From Macrostomum hystrix (lineage: Eukaryota; Animalia; Platyhelminthes), in contig CATNEN010000001.1 in NCBI GenBank assembly GCA_950097015.1, positions 12,772,001 through 12,836,000 on the forward strand: a stretch of DNA of 64,000 nucleotides, read 5' to 3'. Within the stretch, counting starts at the first letter, position 1. Every line of letters begins with the position of its first letter. Of the stretch, positions 58,711 through 64,000 are shown piece after piece. The position numbers were made by a program, and so were the translations under genes. The notes beneath the pieces were generated by a model that was not told where the DNA came from, did no database searches, and saw only the letters and a program-made list of their open reading frames with translations.

Positions 58711-59926
58711 TGTATGACCTAACAATATGTATGACATACCAATATGTATGACATACCAATATGTATGACCTACCAATCTGTATGACCTACCAATCTGTAT
58801 GACCTACCAATATGTATGACCTACCAATCTGTATGACCTACCAATATGTATGACCTACCAATCTGTATGACCCACCAATCTGTATAACTAACAATCTGCA
58901 TGACCTACCAATCTGTATGACCTACCAATCTGTATGACCTACCAATATGTATGACCTACCAATCTGTATGACCTACCAATCTGTATGACCCAACAATCTG
59001 TATGACCCAACAATCTGTATGACCTACCAATCTGTATGACCCAACAATCTGTATGACCCAACAATCTGTATGACCCAACGAAGTGTATGACGCAACAATC
59101 TGTATGACCCAACAATCTGTATGACCTACCAATCTGTATGACCTACCAATCTGTATGACCTACCAATCTGTATGACCCAGCAATCTGTATGACCCAACAA
59201 TATGTATGACCTACCAATCTGTATGACCTACCAATCTGTATGACCTACCAATCTGTATGACCTACCAATCTGTATGACCTACCAATATGTATGACCTACC
59301 AATCTGTATGACCTACCAATCTGTATGACCCAACAATCTGTATGACCTACCAATCTGTATAACCTACCAATATGTATGACCTACCAATCTGTATGACCTA
59401 CCAATCTGTATGACCTACCAATCTGTATGACCTACCAATATGTATGACCTACCAATCTGTATGACCTACCAATCTGTATGACCCAACAATCTGTATGACC
59501 TACCAATCTGTATGACCTACCAATATGTATGACCTACCAATCTGTATGACCTACCAATCTGTATGACCCAACAATCTGTATGACCCAACAATCTGTATGA
59601 CCTACCAATCTGTATGACCCAACAATATGTATGACCTACCAATCTGTATGACCCAGCAATCTGTATGACCCAGCAATCTGTATGACCTACCAATCTGTAT
59701 GACCTACCAATCTGTATGACCTACCAATATGTATGACCTACCAATCTGTATGACCCAACAATCTGTATGACCCAACGATGTGTATGACCCAACAATCTGT
59801 ATGACCCAACGAAGTGTATGACCCAACAATCTGTATGAGGCAACAATCTGTATGACCCAACAATCTGTATGACCTACCAATCTGTATGACCCAACAATCT
59901 GTATGACCCAACGATGTGTATGACCT
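58711..59926. repeat. 17-bp minisatellite (ACCAATCTGTATGACCT)n
   Basis: Direct reading of the sequence. Confidence 0.95.
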
Positions 59927-60325
59927 AATTTATTATTTAAAAATAATTTTACGAAAATAATATTTTGCAAAGACTTGTAAGAAACAGCATGATAAAAAAT
60001 AGGAAAACATTTCGCATAGCAATACTCAGCAATACATGGATGAGTACTTGCTCGCATTAACAGCAGCCCTGACACAGTCTCACAGTTACTCACAACCACT
60101 CTTGTCTCTATCCCGCATCATGAATTTTCGCTGACTGCTTCCGAATCACTGCAGCGACAAGCCTGATTGAATGAAGCCATGGAGATGAGACTGTCGAATT
60201 CTCAAACCCTACTCAGTCTGTGGATAAGCTACTCCAGTGACTTCCCAATCACCTTCTTATTTCATTCCCATCGGCTTTATTATAGAGTATGCGATACTCA
60301 TCATAAATATAATAACCATAAAAAG

Positions 60326-61240
60326 TTCATTCATTCATTCAGTCATTCATTCATTCATTCATTCATTCATTCATTCATTCATTCATTTAGTCATTCATTC
60401 ATTCATTCATTCATTCATTCATTTAGTCATTCATTCATTCATTCATTCATTCAGTCATTCATTCATTCATTCATTCAGTCATTCATTCATTCATTCATTC
60501 ATTCAGTCATTCATTCATTAATTCATTCGTTCATTCATTCATTCATTCATTCATTCATTCATTCAGTCATTCATTCATTCATTCATTCATTCATTTATTC
60601 ATTCATTCATTCATTCATTCAGTCATTCATTCATTCAGTCATTCATTCATTCATTCATTCATTCATTCATTCATTCATTCATTCAGTCATTCATTCATTC
60701 AGTCATTCATTCATTCATTCATTCATTAATTCATTCATTCATTCATTCAGTCATTCATTCATTCATTCATTCATTCATTCATTCATTCATTCATTCATTC
60801 ATTCATTCAGTCATTCATTCATTCATTCATTCAGTCATTCAGTCATTCACTCATTCAGTCACTCATTCATTTACTCATTAATTCACTCATTCATTCACTC
60901 ATTCACTTATTAATTCAGTCATCCATTCATTCAGTCAGTCAGTCATTCGCTCATTCACTCATTTATTCATTCATTCATTCATTCATTCATTCAGTCATTC
61001 ATTCATTCAGTCATCCATTAATTCAGTCATCCATTAATTCAGTCATCCATTAATTCAGTCATCCATTAATTCAGTCATCCATTAATTCAGTCATGCATTA
61101 ATTCCGTCACTTATTAATTCAGTCATCCATTAATTCAGTCACTTATTAATTCAGTCATCCATTAATTCAGTCATCCATTAATTCAGTCACTTATTAATTC
61201 AGTCATCCATTAATTCAGTCAGTCACTCATTCATTCGTTC
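60326..61240. repeat. (TCAT)n microsatellite grading into 16-bp (ATTAATTCAGTCATCC)n
   Basis: Direct reading of the sequence. Confidence 0.95.
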
Positions 61241-61577
61241 AAATATTTACATACGGTAGCAGAAAATATGTTTCTTTTAAAAGGTTTTGCAATTTCCAGT
61301 CTTCAACTTGAAAGACTTTTTTGTAGCTTTTCCAAGAAATACAAAGCTTAGTTAATCTAGTGAAAATTGCGCAAGCCTAATGTGATACTCTAATTAGTGC
61401 CAGTAACCACTTAAAAGGCTTCCTTTCACTTTAAATCGTTTCAATGTGCTACAGTTTTTCAGCTGTTGGGGAACAGCTTTTCGTGACACAATTTGCTTTT
61501 CCCAGTTAGTCTACTTATATCACTATATCCATTTCCATATATCTACCTGCTTATCTATCTACTTATCTTCCCACTTG

Positions 61578-62517
61578 TCTATCTACAAATCTATCCACAA
61601 ATCTATCTACAAATCTATCTACAAATCTATCCACAAATCTATCTACAAATCTATCCACAAATCTATCTACAAATGTATCTACAAATCTATCCACAAATCT
61701 ATCCACAAATCTATCCACAAATCTATCAACAAATCTATCCACAAATCTATCAACAAATCTATCTACAAATCTATCCACAAATCTATCCACAAATCTATCC
61801 ACAAATCCATCAACAAATCTATCTACAAATCTATCCACAAATCTATCTACAAATGTATCTACAAATCTATCTACAAATCTATCTACAAATGTATCTACAA
61901 ATTTATCCACAAATCTATCCACAAATCTCTCCACAGATCTATCCACAAATCTATCTACAAATCTATTTACAAATCTATCTACAAATCTATCCACAAATCT
62001 ATCTACAAATCTATCCACAAATCTATCTACAAATCTATCTACAAATCTATCTACAAATCTATCCACAAATCTATCTACAAATCTATCCACAAATCTATCC
62101 ACAAATCTATCTACAAATATATCTACAAATCTATCTACAAATCTATCTACAAATCTATCCACAAATCTATCTACAAATCTATCTACAAATCTATCAACAA
62201 ATCTATCCACAAATCTATCAACAAATCTATCTACAAATCTATCCACAAATCTATCCACAAATCTATCTACAAATCTATCCACAAATCTATCCACAAATCT
62301 ATCTACAAATCTATCCACAAATCTATCTACAAATCTATCCACAAATCTATCTACAAATCTATCCACAAATCTATCCACAAATCTATCCACAAATCTATCC
62401 ACAAATCTATCCACAAATCTATCCACAAATCCATCAACAAATCTATCTACAAATCTATCCACAAATCTAACTACAAATCTATCCCCAAATCTATCTACAA
62501 ATCTATCCACAAATCTA
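61578..62517. repeat. 12-bp minisatellite (ACAAATCTATC[C/T])n
   Basis: Direct reading of the sequence. Confidence 0.95.
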
Positions 62518-63130
62518 TAGATAGATAGATAGACAGATCTGTGGACCAATACAGCCCACATTTGTCATGGCCACTTTCCGCTAAAATTTGGCGCAGAAAA
62601 CACAGAAACAGGAATGCATCAAGCAGGAGTTAAAAGGTCGCGCGAGAAAAAAATTCCCACGCCGGAGGTAACAAACAGCGTTGGGGGGGGCAAGGCCTCC
62701 AAAAACCTTTCTTTAAAGCCGAACCGAAAAATCCAGTCCGAGTTTTGTCTGACACAGGATTTACCGATCCGTTCAGCCAATCAGCTGACAGTAGGCCGTC
62801 TAGCAGAAGGATTTTTATACTGATCCTCTTTCCCCCCAATTTTCCCAGTGTACTTTCAAATCCGCGCCGTTTCGTCTTCCTCGGAAAACATTCCAGTCGT
62901 TAAACTAGGCTCCCGTATTGCCCGCTCAGGGCCATTTGCCCCGAATTCCGAATACCAGCAAACGCTTTCACTGCCCTCCCTTTCGGCAACAGTCGGACAG
63001 TCAAAGCCTGTGTGGGCGGGTTTGACTGGAATTGTAAAAAATACCGTTTCCAGGAAACAGAAGCAGAGGGACTGACCGGCCAGCGTTAGAAGCTTTCTCG
63101 GCGTCTGTTCCCGCATTTTAAAAGGTGCAA

Positions 63131-63297
63131 ATGGCCACAGAAAGAGGAGACTGCGAGAGAGACAGGACAGCAGCAACATTCAGTATCTCTCCGAAGGGCC
63201 TGGAACAGAAACAGCAGCAGCAGCAACAAGAAACATCAGCACATTCAACAGCCTCTGCATCGAAGGCATTGCAGACTGAAGATTTCTCAATTGAAAG
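63131..63297 (+). CDS. Possible first coding exon of an unrelated neighbouring gene (MATERGDCERDRT...KQQQQQQET...FSIE)
   Basis: ATG in caaATGG context just after an acceptor-like ttttaaaag. The frame is open, has a poly-Q stretch and ends at AAG|GTGAGA. No recognisable domain. Confidence 0.35.
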
Positions 63298-63480
63298 GTG
63301 AGAACAATCAGCATTGTTCTAAGGAATAATTTTAATCTAATTTCATCATCTCAGATCTTATCAGGCATTCCTTCTCGAGCTAATGACCTTATAATAAGCC
63401 TAAACCGATTGGCTCAAAAAGCATTACTGAACTTATCTTACATTTATTTTCTGACCATCCCAAAATATTAATGGGTTAAA

Positions 63481-64000
63481 TCTGAATGACCCTTCACTCA
63501 ATCTGAATGACTCTTCACTCAAACTGAATGACCCTTCACTCAATCTGAATGACCCTTCACTCAATCTGAATGACCCTTCACTCAATCTGAATGACCCTTC
63601 ACTCAATCTGAATGACCCTTCAGTCAATCTGAATGACCCTTCACTCAATCTGAATGACTCTTCACTCAACCTGAATGACCCTTCACTCAACCTGAATGAC
63701 CCTTCACTCAACCTGAATGACCCTTCACTCAACCTGAATGACTCTTCACTCAATCATCTGAATGACTCTTCACTCACTCTGAATGACCCTTCACTCAATC
63801 TGAATGACCCTTCACTCAATCTGAATGACCCTTCACTCAATCTGAATGACCCATCACTCAATCTGAATGACCCTTCACTCAATCTGAATGACTCTTCACT
63901 CAACCTGAATGACCCTTCACTCAACCTGAATGACCCTTCACTCAATCTGAATGACCCTTCACCCAATCTGAATGACCCTTCACTCAATCTGAATGACCCT
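63481..64000. repeat. 21-bp minisatellite (TCTGAATGACCCTTCACTCAA)n, running off the window
   Basis: Direct reading of the sequence. Confidence 0.95.

Overview
This is eukaryotic (spliceosomal GT-AG introns), minisatellite-rich invertebrate DNA. The style resembles a flatworm such as Macrostomum, but that is inference only. Positions 1 to about 52 kb are a head-to-tail tandem array of five minus-strand paralogues (A-E) plus one 3' remnant. The ORF track shows each gene as three separate ORFs. Manual splicing joins them in frame (phase-2 then phase-1 introns) into one protein. That protein has an MGQK(I/T)S start, then 5-25 near-identical 33-aa (99-bp) ankyrin-like repeats that vary mainly at two small residue clusters, then canonical ankyrin repeats, a Mab-21/cGAS-like (cGLR) nucleotidyltransferase with intact GS...DxD...D motif, and a helical TPR-like tail. 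The best reading is a diversifying innate-immune receptor locus, with a 'natural DARPin' sensor fused to a cGAS-like signalling enzyme. Repeat numbers are 7 (A), 20 (B), 5 (C), 9 (D) and 25 (E). C and D are intact. A runs off the left edge. B has a decoy splice acceptor and an internal ATG. E is split by a deletion and frameshifted. Spacers contain shared minisatellites, a LINE RT remnant, a MITE-like inverted repeat and a captured pecanex exon. The last ~11 kb is almost all tandem repeat, with one possible first exon of a neighbouring gene.
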